From: Escherichia coli
GTDB taxonomy: Bacteria > Pseudomonadota > Gammaproteobacteria > Enterobacterales > Enterobacteriaceae
Reading direction: 5' to 3' (one strand)
NCBI RefSeq assembly: GCF_003334405.1
Contig: NZ_QOWM01000008.1
Length of the DNA stretch: 64,000 bases
The position numbers and the translations under genes were made by a program. This document shows positions 9,923 through 21,032 of this stretch, piece after piece. Every line of letters starts with the position of its first letter. The stretch's first letter is position 1. The notes beneath the pieces were generated by a model. It ran no database searches and was not told the origin of the DNA. It saw nothing but the letters and a program-made list of their open reading frames with translations.

Positions 9923-11314
9923 ATGAGTCACTCATCCGCCCCCGAAAGGGCTACTGGAGCTGTCATTACAGATTGGCGACCGGAAGATCCTGCGTTCTGG
10001 CAACAACGCGGTCAACGTATTGCCAGCCGCAACCTGTGGATTTCCGTTCCCTGTCTGCTGCTGGCGTTTTGCGTATGGATGTTGTTCAGCGCTGTTGCGG
10101 TGAACCTACCGAAAGTCGGCTTTAATTTTACGACCGATCAGCTATTTATGTTGACTGCGCTGCCTTCGGTTTCTGGCGCGTTATTACGTGTTCCATACTC
10201 CTTTATGGTTCCTATCTTCGGTGGTCGTCGCTGGACGGCGTTCAGCACCGGTATTCTGATTATTCCTTGCGTCTGGCTGGGTTTTGCCGTGCAGGATACC
10301 TCCACGCCTTATAGCGTCTTCATCATCATCTCTCTGCTATGCGGCTTTGCTGGCGCGAACTTCGCATCCAGTATGGCAAACATCAGCTTCTTCTTTCCGA
10401 AACAGAAGCAGGGTGGCGCGCTGGGTCTGAATGGTGGTCTGGGAAACATGGGCGTCAGCGTCATGCAGTTGGTTGCTCCGCTGGTGGTATCACTGTCGAT
10501 TTTCGCAGTATTTGGTAGCCAGGGCGTCAAACAGCCGGATGGGACTGAGCTGTATCTGGCGAATGCGTCCTGGATATGGGTGCCGTTCCTTGCCATCTTC
10601 ACCATTGCGGCGTGGTTTGGCATGAACGATCTTGCTACCTCGAAAGCCTCCATCAAGGAGCAGTTGCCGGTACTCAAACGGGGTCATCTGTGGATTATGA
10701 GCCTGCTGTATCTGGCAACCTTCGGCTCCTTCATCGGCTTCTCCGCGGGCTTTGCAATGCTGTCAAAAACGCAGTTCCCGGATGTTCAGATTCTGCAATA
10801 CGCTTTCTTCGGGCCGTTTATTGGTGCGCTGGCGCGTTCTGCAGGTGGTGCATTATCTGACCGTCTGGGCGGAACTCGTGTCACGCTGGTGAACTTTATT
10901 CTGATGGCGATTTTCAGCGGCCTGCTGTTCCTGACCTTACCGACTGACGGGCAGGGCGGAAGCTTCATGGCGTTCTTCGCGGTCTTCCTGGCGCTGTTCC
11001 TGACAGCTGGGCTGGGTAGTGGTTCCACTTTCCAGATGATTTCAGTGATCTTCCGTAAACTGACAATGGATCGCGTGAAAGCAGAAGGGGGTTCTGACGA
11101 ACGTGCGATGCGTGAAGCGGCAACCGACACGGCGGCGGCGCTGGGTTTCATCTCTGCGATTGGCGCGATTGGTGGCTTCTTTATCCCGAAAGCGTTTGGT
11201 AGCTCGCTGGCATTAACGGGTTCGCCAGTCGGCGCAATGAAGGTATTTTTGATTTTCTATATCGCCTGCGTAGTGATTACCTGGGCGGTATATGGTCGGC
11301 ATTCTAAAAAATAA
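9923..11314 (+). CDS. narK: Nitrate/nitrite transporter NarK (MFS), 463 aa
   Basis: ORF track 9917..11314; start placed at MSHSSAPERATGAV... Confidence 0.95.
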   Translation: MSHSSAPERATGAVITDWRPEDPAFWQQRGQRIASRNLWISVPCLLLAFCVWMLFSAVAVNLPKVGFNFTTDQLFMLTALPSVSGALLRVPYSFMVPIFGGRRWTAFSTGILIIPCVWLGFAVQDTSTPYSVFIIISLLCGFAGANFASSMANISFFFPKQKQGGALGLNGGLGNMGVSVMQLVAPLVVSLSIFAVFGSQGVKQPDGTELYLANASWIWVPFLAIFTIAAWFGMNDLATSKASIKEQLPVLKRGHLWIMSLLYLATFGSFIGFSAGFAMLSKTQFPDVQILQYAFFGPFIGALARSAGGALSDRLGGTRVTLVNFILMAIFSGLLFLTLPTDGQGGSFMAFFAVFLALFLTAGLGSGSTFQMISVIFRKLTMDRVKAEGGSDERAMREAATDTAAALGFISAIGAIGGFFIPKAFGSSLALTGSPVGAMKVFLIFYIACVVITWAVYGRHSKK

Positions 11315-11724
11315 ACCGTTACTCGTCATACTTCGGGTTACATGTGCTGCGGCTGCGTTCATTCACCCCAGTCACTTACTTTAGTAAGCTCCTGGGATTC
11401 ATTCACTTGCCGCCTTCCTGTAAACCGAATTATATAGAGTAAAATATTTGATTATCCTTTGCGCGGCATGATGTCGCGCTTTTTTTATGCGTCATTTAGT
11501 TACAACATACTAATGTTATATGGTTTATTTCGCCGGATTTCATTAAGAGCCATTAATATGTTACCCATGGGGAATACTCCTTAATACCCATCTGCATAAA
11601 AATCTTAATAGTTTAAATAACTACAGGTATAAAACGTCTTAATTTACAGTCTGTTATGTGGTGGCTGTTAATTATCCTAAAGGGGTATCTTAGGAATTTA
11701 CTTTATTTTTCATCCCCATCACTC

Positions 11725-11738
11725 TTGATCGTTATCAA
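11725..11738. promoter_or_regulatory. FNR box TTGATcgttATCAA in the narG promoter
   Basis: Consensus FNR palindrome about 95 bp upstream of the narG ATG; long AT-rich upstream region consistent with known NarL/IHF-bound narG control region. Confidence 0.7.
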
Positions 11739-11829
11739 TTCCCACGCTGTTTCAGAGCGTTACCTTGCCCTTAAACATTAGCAATGTCGATTTATCAGAG
11801 GGCCGACAGGCTCCCACAGGAGAAAACCG

Positions 11830-14800
11830 ATGAGTAAATTCCTGGACCGGTTTCGCTACTTCAAACAGAAGGGTGAAACCTTTGCCGATGGGCATGGCCA
11901 GCTTCTCAATACCAACCGTGACTGGGAGGATGGATATCGCCAGCGTTGGCAGCATGACAAAATCGTCCGCTCTACCCACGGGGTAAACTGCACCGGCTCC
12001 TGCAGCTGGAAAATCTACGTCAAAAACGGTCTGGTCACCTGGGAAACCCAGCAGACTGACTATCCGCGTACCCGTCCGGATCTGCCAAACCATGAACCTC
12101 GCGGCTGCCCGCGCGGTGCCAGCTACTCCTGGTATCTTTACAGTGCCAACCGCCTGAAATACCCGATGATGCGCAAACGCCTGATGAAAATGTGGCGTGA
12201 AGCGAAGGCGCTGCATAGCGATCCGGTTGAGGCATGGGCTTCTATCATTGAAGACGCCGATAAAGCGAAAAGCTTTAAGCAGGCGCGTGGACGCGGTGGA
12301 TTTGTTCGTTCTTCCTGGCAGGAGGTGAACGAACTGATCGCCGCATCTAACGTTTACACCATCAAAAACTACGGCCCGGACCGTGTTGCTGGTTTCTCGC
12401 CAATTCCGGCAATGTCGATGGTTTCTTACGCATCGGGTGCACGCTATCTCTCGCTGATTGGCGGTACTTGCTTAAGCTTCTACGACTGGTACTGCGACTT
12501 GCCTCCTGCGTCTCCGCAAACCTGGGGCGAGCAAACTGACGTACCGGAATCTGCTGACTGGTACAACTCCAGCTACATCATCGCCTGGGGGTCAAACGTG
12601 CCGCAGACGCGTACCCCGGATGCTCACTTCTTTACTGAAGTGCGTTACAAAGGGACCAAAACTGTTGCCGTCACACCAGACTACGCTGAAATCGCCAAAC
12701 TGTGCGATCTGTGGCTGGCACCGAAACAGGGCACCGATGCGGCAATGGCGCTGGCGATGGGCCACGTAATGCTGCGTGAATTCCACCTCGACAACCCAAG
12801 CCAGTATTTCACCGACTATGTGCGTCGCTACACCGACATGCCGATGCTGGTGATGCTGGAAGAACGCGACGGTTACTACGCTGCAGGTCGTATGCTGCGC
12901 GCTGCTGATCTGGTTGATGCGCTGGGCCAGGAAAACAATCCGGAATGGAAAACTGTCGCCTTTAATACCAATGGCGAAATGGTTGCGCCGAACGGTTCTA
13001 TTGGCTTCCGCTGGGGCGAGAAGGGCAAATGGAATCTTGAGCAGCGCGACGGCAAAACTGGCGAAGAAACCGAGCTGCAACTGAGCCTGCTGGGTAGCCA
13101 GGATGAGATCGCTGAGGTAGGCTTCCCGTACTTTGGTGGCGACGGCACGGAACACTTCAACAAAGTGGAACTGGAAAACGTGCTGCTGCACAAACTGCCG
13201 GTGAAACGCCTGCAACTGGCTGATGGCAGCACCGCCCTGGTGACCACCGTTTATGATCTGACGCTGGCAAACTACGGTCTGGAACGTGGCCTGAACGACG
13301 TTAACTGTGCAACCAGCTATGACGATGTGAAAGCTTATACCCCGGCCTGGGCCGAGCAGATTACCGGCGTTTCTCGCAGCCAGATTATTCGCATCGCCCG
13401 TGAATTTGCCGATAACGCTGATAAAACGCACGGTCGTTCGATGATTATCGTCGGTGCGGGGCTGAACCACTGGTATCACCTCGATATGAACTATCGTGGT
13501 CTGATCAACATGCTGATTTTCTGCGGCTGTGTCGGTCAGAGCGGGGGCGGCTGGGCGCACTATGTAGGTCAGGAAAAACTGCGTCCGCAAACCGGCTGGC
13601 AGCCGCTGGCGTTTGCCCTTGACTGGCAGCGTCCGGCGCGTCACATGAACAGCACTTCTTATTTCTATAACCACTCCAGCCAGTGGCGTTATGAAACCGT
13701 CACGGCGGAAGAGTTGCTGTCACCGATGGCGGACAAATCCCGCTATACCGGACACTTGATCGACTTTAACGTCCGTGCGGAACGCATGGGCTGGCTGCCG
13801 TCTGCACCGCAGTTAGGCACTAACCCGCTGACTATCGCTGGCGAAGCGGAAAAAGCCGGGATGAATCCGGTGGACTATACGGTGAAATCCCTGAAAGAGG
13901 GTTCCATCCGTTTTGCGGCAGAACAACCAGAAAACGGTAAAAACCACCCGCGCAACCTGTTCATCTGGCGTTCTAACCTGCTCGGTTCTTCCGGTAAAGG
14001 TCATGAGTTTATGCTCAAGTACCTGCTGGGGACGGAGCACGGTATCCAGGGTAAAGATCTGGGGCAACAGGGCGGCGTGAAGCCGGAAGAAGTGGACTGG
14101 CAGGACAATGGTCTGGAAGGCAAGCTGGATCTGGTGGTTACGCTGGACTTCCGTCTGTCGAGCACCTGTCTCTATTCCGACATCATTTTGCCGACGGCGA
14201 CCTGGTACGAAAAAGACGACATGAATACTTCGGATATGCATCCGTTTATTCACCCGCTGTCTGCGGCGGTCGATCCGGCCTGGGAAGCGAAAAGCGACTG
14301 GGAAATCTACAAAGCCATCGCGAAGAAATTCTCCGAAGTGTGCGTCGGCCATCTGGGTAAAGAAACCGACATCGTCACGCTGCCTATCCAGCATGACTCT
14401 GCCGCTGAACTGGCGCAGCCGCTGGATGTGAAAGACTGGAAAAAAGGCGAGTGCGACCTGATCCCAGGTAAAACCGCGCCACACATTATGGTCGTAGAGC
14501 GCGATTATCCGGCGACTTACGAACGCTTTACCTCTATCGGCCCGCTGATGGAGAAAATCGGTAATGGCGGTAAAGGGATTGCCTGGAACACCCAGAGCGA
14601 GATGGATCTGCTGCGTAAGCTCAACTACACCAAAGCGGAAGGTCCGGCGAAAGGCCAGCCGATGCTGAACACCGCAATTGATGCGGCAGAGATGATCCTG
14701 ACACTGGCACCGGAAACCAACGGTCAGGTAGCCGTGAAAGCCTGGGCTGCCCTGAGCGAATTTACCGGTCGTGACCATACGCATCTGGCGCTGAATAAAG

Positions 14801-15573
14801 AAGACGAGAAGATCCGCTTCCGCGATATTCAGGCACAGCCGCGCAAAATTATCTCCAGCCCGACCTGGTCTGGTCTGGAAGATGAACACGTTTCTTACAA
14901 CGCCGGTTACACCAACGTTCACGAGCTGATCCCATGGCGTACGCTCTCTGGTCGTCAGCAACTGTATCAGGATCACCAGTGGATGCGTGATTTCGGTGAA
15001 AGCCTGCTGGTTTATCGTCCGCCGATCGACACCCGTTCGGTGAAAGAAGTGATAGGCCAGAAATCCAACGGCAACCAGGAAAAAGCGCTCAACTTCCTGA
15101 CGCCGCACCAGAAGTGGGGTATCCACTCCACCTACAGCGACAACCTGCTGATGCTGACTTTAGGTCGCGGTGGTCCGGTGGTCTGGTTGAGTGAAGCCGA
15201 TGCCAAAGATCTGGGTATCGCCGATAACGACTGGATTGAAGTCTTCAACAGCAACGGTGCTCTGACTGCCCGTGCGGTTGTCAGCCAGCGTGTTCCGGCA
15301 GGGATGACCATGATGTACCACGCGCAGGAACGTATCGTTAACCTGCCTGGTTCGGAAATTACCCAACAGCGTGGTGGTATCCATAACTCGGTCACCCGTA
15401 TCACGCCGAAACCGACGCATATGATCGGCGGCTATGCCCATCTGGCATACGGCTTTAACTACTATGGCACCGTAGGTTCTAACCGCGATGAGTTTGTTGT
15501 AGTGCGTAAGATGAAGAACATTGACTGGTTAGATGGCGAAGGCAATGACCAGGTACAGGAGAGCGTAAAATGA
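11830..15573 (+). CDS. narG: Respiratory nitrate reductase A alpha subunit NarG, 1247 aa
   Basis: ORF track; MSKFLDRFRYFKQKGETFADGHGQ... Confidence 0.97.
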   Translation: MSKFLDRFRYFKQKGETFADGHGQLLNTNRDWEDGYRQRWQHDKIVRSTHGVNCTGSCSWKIYVKNGLVTWETQQTDYPRTRPDLPNHEPRGCPRGASYSWYLYSANRLKYPMMRKRLMKMWREAKALHSDPVEAWASIIEDADKAKSFKQARGRGGFVRSSWQEVNELIAASNVYTIKNYGPDRVAGFSPIPAMSMVSYASGARYLSLIGGTCLSFYDWYCDLPPASPQTWGEQTDVPESADWYNSSYIIAWGSNVPQTRTPDAHFFTEVRYKGTKTVAVTPDYAEIAKLCDLWLAPKQGTDAAMALAMGHVMLREFHLDNPSQYFTDYVRRYTDMPMLVMLEERDGYYAAGRMLRAADLVDALGQENNPEWKTVAFNTNGEMVAPNGSIGFRWGEKGKWNLEQRDGKTGEETELQLSLLGSQDEIAEVGFPYFGGDGTEHFNKVELENVLLHKLPVKRLQLADGSTALVTTVYDLTLANYGLERGLNDVNCATSYDDVKAYTPAWAEQITGVSRSQIIRIAREFADNADKTHGRSMIIVGAGLNHWYHLDMNYRGLINMLIFCGCVGQSGGGWAHYVGQEKLRPQTGWQPLAFALDWQRPARHMNSTSYFYNHSSQWRYETVTAEELLSPMADKSRYTGHLIDFNVRAERMGWLPSAPQLGTNPLTIAGEAEKAGMNPVDYTVKSLKEGSIRFAAEQPENGKNHPRNLFIWRSNLLGSSGKGHEFMLKYLLGTEHGIQGKDLGQQGGVKPEEVDWQDNGLEGKLDLVVTLDFRLSSTCLYSDIILPTATWYEKDDMNTSDMHPFIHPLSAAVDPAWEAKSDWEIYKAIAKKFSEVCVGHLGKETDIVTLPIQHDSAAELAQPLDVKDWKKGECDLIPGKTAPHIMVVERDYPATYERFTSIGPLMEKIGNGGKGIAWNTQSEMDLLRKLNYTKAEGPAKGQPMLNTAIDAAEMILTLAPETNGQVAVKAWAALSEFTGRDHTHLALNKEDEKIRFRDIQAQPRKIISSPTWSGLEDEHVSYNAGYTNVHELIPWRTLSGRQQLYQDHQWMRDFGESLLVYRPPIDTRSVKEVIGQKSNGNQEKALNFLTPHQKWGIHSTYSDNLLMLTLGRGGPVVWLSEADAKDLGIADNDWIEVFNSNGALTARAVVSQRVPAGMTMMYHAQERIVNLPGSEITQQRGGIHNSVTRITPKPTHMIGGYAHLAYGFNYYGTVGSNRDEFVVVRKMKNIDWLDGEGNDQVQESVK

Positions 15574-17108
15574 AAATTCGTTCACAAGTCGGCATGGTGC
15601 TGAATCTCGATAAGTGCATCGGCTGCCACACCTGTTCAGTTACCTGTAAAAACGTCTGGACCAGCCGTGAAGGCGTGGAATATGCGTGGTTCAACAACGT
15701 GGAAACCAAGCCGGGCCAGGGCTTCCCGACTGACTGGGAAAACCAGGAAAAATACAAAGGCGGCTGGATCCGTAAAATCAACGGCAAACTGCAGCCGCGC
15801 ATGGGTAACCGTGCCATGCTGCTGGGTAAAATCTTCGCTAACCCGCATCTGCCGGGGATCGACGATTATTACGAGCCGTTCGATTTTGACTATCAGAACC
15901 TGCATACCGCGCCGGAAGGCAGCAAATCGCAGCCGATTGCCCGTCCGCGTTCGCTGATTACCGGGGAACGGATGGCGAAAATCGAAAAAGGGCCGAACTG
16001 GGAAGATGACCTGGGCGGTGAGTTTGACAAACTGGCGAAAGACAAGAACTTCGACAACATCCAGAAGGCGATGTATAGCCAGTTCGAAAACACCTTCATG
16101 ATGTATTTGCCGCGCCTGTGCGAACACTGCCTGAACCCGGCATGTGTGGCGACCTGCCCGAGCGGTGCGATTTACAAGCGTGAAGAAGATGGCATCGTCC
16201 TGATCGACCAGGATAAATGCCGTGGCTGGCGTATGTGCATCACTGGATGCCCGTACAAAAAAATCTACTTCAACTGGAAGAGCGGTAAGTCTGAGAAGTG
16301 CATCTTCTGCTATCCGCGTATTGAAGCGGGTCAGCCGACCGTGTGCTCAGAAACCTGTGTCGGTCGTATCCGTTATCTTGGCGTGCTGTTGTACGATGCC
16401 GACGCTATTGAACGTGCAGCCAGCACCGAGAACGAGAAAGATCTTTACCAGCGTCAGCTGGACGTGTTCCTCGATCCGAACGATCCGAAAGTCATCGAGC
16501 AGGCGATTAAAGACGGTATTCCGCTGAGCGTTATTGAAGCCGCACAGCAGTCGCCGGTTTATAAAATGGCAATGGAATGGAAACTGGCGCTGCCGCTGCA
16601 TCCGGAATATCGCACACTGCCGATGGTCTGGTACGTGCCGCCTCTGTCTCCGATTCAGTCTGCAGCAGACGCGGGTGAGCTGGGTAGCAACGGCATTCTG
16701 CCAGACGTCGAAAGCCTGCGTATTCCGGTACAGTATCTGGCGAATCTGCTGACCGCCGGTGATACCAAACCGGTACTGCGCGCACTGAAACGTATGCTGG
16801 CGATGCGTCATTACAAACGTGCTGAAACCGTTGACGGTAAAGTTGATACCCGTGCGCTGGAAGAGGTCGGTCTGACCGAAGCCCAGGCACAGGAGATGTA
16901 CCGTTATCTGGCGATTGCTAACTACGAAGATCGCTTTGTGGTGCCGAGTAGTCATCGTGAACTGGCACGGGAAGCCTTCCCGGAGAAAAATGGCTGCGGC
17001 TTTACCTTTGGTGATGGCTGCCACGGTTCAGATACCAAATTCAATCTGTTCAACAGCCGTCGTATCGATGCCATCGATGTGACCAGCAAAACGGAGCCGC
17101 ATCCATGA
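15570..17108 (+). CDS. narH: Nitrate reductase A beta subunit NarH (Fe-S), 512 aa
   Basis: ORF track; multiple Cys-x2-Cys-x2-Cys ferredoxin motifs; 4-nt overlap with narG. Confidence 0.97.
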   Translation: MKIRSQVGMVLNLDKCIGCHTCSVTCKNVWTSREGVEYAWFNNVETKPGQGFPTDWENQEKYKGGWIRKINGKLQPRMGNRAMLLGKIFANPHLPGIDDYYEPFDFDYQNLHTAPEGSKSQPIARPRSLITGERMAKIEKGPNWEDDLGGEFDKLAKDKNFDNIQKAMYSQFENTFMMYLPRLCEHCLNPACVATCPSGAIYKREEDGIVLIDQDKCRGWRMCITGCPYKKIYFNWKSGKSEKCIFCYPRIEAGQPTVCSETCVGRIRYLGVLLYDADAIERAASTENEKDLYQRQLDVFLDPNDPKVIEQAIKDGIPLSVIEAAQQSPVYKMAMEWKLALPLHPEYRTLPMVWYVPPLSPIQSAADAGELGSNGILPDVESLRIPVQYLANLLTAGDTKPVLRALKRMLAMRHYKRAETVDGKVDTRALEEVGLTEAQAQEMYRYLAIANYEDRFVVPSSHRELAREAFPEKNGCGFTFGDGCHGSDTKFNLFNSRRIDAIDVTSKTEPHP

Positions 17109-17815
17109 TCGAACTCGTGATTGTATCGCGTCTCCTTGAATATCCGGATGCTGCCTTATGGCAGCATCAACAAGAGATGTTTGAGGCGATTGCCGCGTCG
17201 AAAAATCTGCCAAAAGAGGATGCCCATGCGCTGGGCATTTTCCTGCGCGATTTAACGACGATGGATCCGCTCGATGCCCAGGCGCAGTACAGCGAACTGT
17301 TCGACCGTGGCCGCGCCACGTCACTGTTGCTGTTTGAACATGTGCACGGCGAATCCCGCGACCGCGGCCAGGCGATGGTGGACCTGCTGGCGCAGTACGA
17401 GCAGCACGGCTTGCAGTTAAACAGCCGCGAATTGCCGGACCATCTGCCGCTGTATCTGGAGTACCTGGCGCAGCTGCCGCAAAGCGAAGCCGTGGAAGGT
17501 TTGAAAGATATCGCGCCGATTCTGGCATTGCTGAGCGCGCGTCTGCAACAGCGTGAAAGCCGTTATGCCGTGCTGTTTGATCTGCTGCTGAAACTGGCGA
17601 ATACCGCTATCGACAGCGACAAAGTGGCGGAAAAAATTGCCGACGAAGCGCGCGATGATACGCCGCAGGCGCTGGATGCTGTCTGGGAAGAAGAGCAGGT
17701 TAAATTCTTTGCTGACAAAGGCTGCGGTGATTCAGCAATCACTGCGCATCAGCGTCGCTTTGCCGGTGCCGTCGCGCCGCAATATCTGAATATCACCACC
17801 GGAGGACAGCACTAA
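17105..17815 (+). CDS. narJ: Nitrate reductase assembly chaperone NarJ, 236 aa
   Basis: ORF track; overlaps narH stop. Confidence 0.95.
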   Translation: MIELVIVSRLLEYPDAALWQHQQEMFEAIAASKNLPKEDAHALGIFLRDLTTMDPLDAQAQYSELFDRGRATSLLLFEHVHGESRDRGQAMVDLLAQYEQHGLQLNSRELPDHLPLYLEYLAQLPQSEAVEGLKDIAPILALLSARLQQRESRYAVLFDLLLKLANTAIDSDKVAEKIADEARDDTPQALDAVWEEEQVKFFADKGCGDSAITAHQRRFAGAVAPQYLNITTGGQH

Positions 17816-18492
17816 TGCAATTCCTGAATATGTTCTTCTTTGATATCTACCCGTACATAGCCGGGGCGGTCTTCCTGATTGGTAGCTGGCTGCGTTATGA
17901 CTACGGGCAGTACACCTGGCGCGCGGCGTCCAGCCAGATGCTGGATCGCAAAGGGATGAACCTGGCGTCGAACCTGTTCCATATCGGGATTCTGGGGATT
18001 TTTGTCGGTCACTTCTTCGGTATGCTGACGCCGCACTGGATGTATGAAGCCTGGCTGCCGATTGAAGTGAAACAGAAAATGGCAATGTTTGCTGGTGGTG
18101 CCAGCGGCGTGCTGTGTCTGATTGGCGGCGTGCTGTTGCTGAAACGTCGTCTGTTCAGCCCACGCGTGCGTGCAACCACTACCGGAGCGGATATCCTGAT
18201 CCTGTCGCTGCTCGTTATCCAGTGCGCGCTGGGCCTGTTGACCATTCCGTTCTCCGCTCAGCATATGGACGGTAGCGAGATGATGAAACTGGTTGGCTGG
18301 GCGCAGTCGGTGGTGACCTTCCACGGTGGCGCTTCTCAACACCTCGATGGTGTGGCGTTTATCTTCCGTCTGCACCTGGTGCTGGGGATGACGTTATTCC
18401 TGCTGTTCCCGTTCTCGCGTCTGGTACACATCTGGAGCGTACCGGTGGAGTATCTGACACGTAAGTACCAGCTGGTGCGCGCTCGTCACTAA
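17815..18492 (+). CDS. narI: Nitrate reductase A gamma subunit NarI (cytochrome b), 225 aa
   Basis: ORF track; hydrophobic haem-binding membrane protein. Confidence 0.95.
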   Translation: MQFLNMFFFDIYPYIAGAVFLIGSWLRYDYGQYTWRAASSQMLDRKGMNLASNLFHIGILGIFVGHFFGMLTPHWMYEAWLPIEVKQKMAMFAGGASGVLCLIGGVLLLKRRLFSPRVRATTTGADILILSLLVIQCALGLLTIPFSAQHMDGSEMMKLVGWAQSVVTFHGGASQHLDGVAFIFRLHLVLGMTLFLLFPFSRLVHIWSVPVEYLTRKYQLVRARH

Positions 18493-18512
18493 GCGAATTT
18501 TAGTTCACATAG

Positions 18513-18537
18513 ACCCTGCTTCGGCGGGGTTTTTTTA
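18513..18537 (+). terminator. Intrinsic terminator of the narGHJI operon
   Basis: GC stem (CCCTGC ttcg GCGGGG) followed by TTTTTTT, 20 bp after narI stop. Confidence 0.7.
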
Positions 18538-18540
18538 TGG

Positions 18541-18610
18541 GCACGGTGCGGGGTGAGTTGTCGGATGCGCTTCGCTTATCCGACCTACAGGGGAGGATAT
18601 TGTAGGCCCG
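18541..18610. repeat. REP-like extragenic palindromic element
   Basis: GGATGCGCTTCGCTTATCCGACCTACAGG-type sequence typical of enterobacterial REP units. Confidence 0.4.
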
Positions 18611-18674
18611 GTAAACGTGGTGCCATCGGGCAAAATTAGCTCGGAGTAACAGGTTTTGATTATTTAAGGAAGCG

Positions 18675-19410
<736 letters not shown>

Positions 19411-19439
19411 ACGGGGTAATGCTTTTTACTGGCCTGCTC

Positions 19440-19500
19440 CCTTATCGGGAAGCGGGGCGCATCATATCAAATGACGCGCCGCTGTAAAGTGTTACGTTGA
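19440..19500 (-). promoter_or_regulatory. tyrT promoter (-35 TTTACA, -10 TATGAT, GC-rich discriminator)
   Basis: Reverse complement reads TTTACAGCGGCGCGTCATTTGATATGATGCGCCCCGCTTCCCGATAAGGG directly upstream of the tRNA. Confidence 0.8.
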
Positions 19501-19569
19501 GAAAAATGAACTGGTTGCGTAATTTTCATCCGTAACGGATTAAAGGTAACCAGTTATTTTTGCTGGCGA

Positions 19570-20412
19570 TTAAAGAATAATCGTTCGATTACCGTAAACA
19601 AAGACGCGCTGTGCCAGTACTTTGTATAGTGCACGACTTAAGACGTTTTTCTCGACGTCACGACCTGCGCGCATCATATCTTCAGCTGTGTAGGTATGAT
19701 CGACATGAATAACGTCCTGCATGATGATTGGGCCTTCGTCCAGATTGTCATTCACATAGTGAGCGGTTGCGCCAATAATCTTCACACCACGTTCATAGGC
19801 CTGGTGATAAGGACGTGCGCCAATAAACGCTGGCAGGAATGAATGGTGAATATTGATGATCTTATTCGGGAAGCGTGCCACAAATTCCGGCGTTAATACC
19901 CGCATATACTTCGCCAGCACCACGTAGTCAGGTTGATAAGCATCAATGGCATCCGCCATCTTTTGATCGTGCTCGTTGCGGGTTAACCCTTCATGGCTTA
20001 CCAGCTCAAACGGAATATCAAAACGCTCAACCAGAGAACGTAAAGTATCGTGGTTACCAATAACTGCCGCGATTTCGACATCCAGGCCGCCGTAATTGGC
20101 TTTCATCAACAAATCGCCAAGGCAATGCGCTTCTTTAGTGACCAGAATCACTATCCGGCGACGACCGGCAGGATTCAGCTCACGCACGGAGCCTTCTGGC
20201 AATGCGCTATCGAGATCCGCCAGCAGGGTGGAATCATTAAAAATCCCTTCCAGTTCCGTGCGCATAAAAAAGCGCCCGGTACGGTGATCAACAAATTCAT
20301 TGTTCTGTACGATATTTAACTCGTGCTTGTAGCAAATATTGGTAATACGTGCGATCAGACCTTTTTGGTCCGGACAAATAGTACGCAGAACTTTACGTTG
20401 GAGTGAATGCAT
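19570..20412 (-). CDS. purU: Formyltetrahydrofolate deformylase PurU, 280 aa
   Basis: ORF track; ACT domain plus formyltransferase domain. Confidence 0.95.
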   Translation of the reverse strand: MHSLQRKVLRTICPDQKGLIARITNICYKHELNIVQNNEFVDHRTGRFFMRTELEGIFNDSTLLADLDSALPEGSVRELNPAGRRRIVILVTKEAHCLGDLLMKANYGGLDVEIAAVIGNHDTLRSLVERFDIPFELVSHEGLTRNEHDQKMADAIDAYQPDYVVLAKYMRVLTPEFVARFPNKIINIHHSFLPAFIGARPYHQAYERGVKIIGATAHYVNDNLDEGPIIMQDVIHVDHTYTAEDMMRAGRDVEKNVLSRALYKVLAQRVFVYGNRTIIL

Positions 20413-20461
20413 TGCTGGAAAAACCTTGTTGAGAGTGTTTGCTAAACCGTACCGTCAACCA

Positions 20462-20920
20462 TTATTGGCCGCAGCACTTTTTAAATTTTTTACCTGAACC
20501 ACAAGGGCAGGGATCGTTGCGACCAAACTGCGGACGTGTACCGTCAATATAGTACCATTGACCGTTTTCTTTCAAAAATCGCGAACGTTCAATTATTGCA
20601 CCTGTTTTACCACCTTCGGTAAATCGAGCAACAAAACTGACAAATCCGATATTGTCGGCGTCCTGCCAACAATGTTCAAATACGGTCAATCCCAACCATT
20701 CAGTATGCGCAAATCCGGCCATCAATTCGGCACGTAACGCCGCTGCTCCACAAGAGGGATGCCAGGTCTTTATTAAATAATCTGCGTCTTGCATCACAAA
20801 AGCGCAGTAACGCGAACGCATGAGATGTTCTGGATCAGGTGCAACCTTTTCACCAGACACATAAGGGTGGCAACATAGGCTATACTCGACAGCACTACCA
20901 CAGGGACAAAGCTGAGACAC
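20462..20920 (-). CDS. ychJ: UPF0225 SEC-C-motif protein YchJ, 152 aa
   Basis: ORF track 20462..20941; start placed at the GTG seven codons in (VSQLCPCG...), as in K-12 annotation; Cys-rich termini. Confidence 0.8.
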
Positions 20921-21032
20921 AAATAATCTCCCTGGAAACAATAACGGCGTATTAACCGCCTGAGTAGCACTATGTTAACCGAGCAGTAGCGATGTGGCTA
21001 CGATTGCATTCCAGGGGAATCTTGCGGGAATA

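Noticed and set aside
12592-15126. Long minus-strand ORFs (360 aa and 437 aa) antisense to narG
   Set aside because: They lie wholly inside the well-supported narG frame, have Arg/Val/His-rich low-complexity composition typical of antisense frames of GC-biased genes, and have no RBS or recognisable domain.
15636-17024. Minus-strand ORFs (163 aa, 225 aa) antisense to narH
   Set aside because: Antisense-frame artefacts inside narH.
20462-20942. Apparent 1-nt frameshift in ychJ when I translated the printed sequence by hand (around 20880)
   Set aside because: The supplied ORF track gives a continuous 159-aa ORF and flanking coordinates check out, so I attribute this to my own reading error rather than a real lesion.
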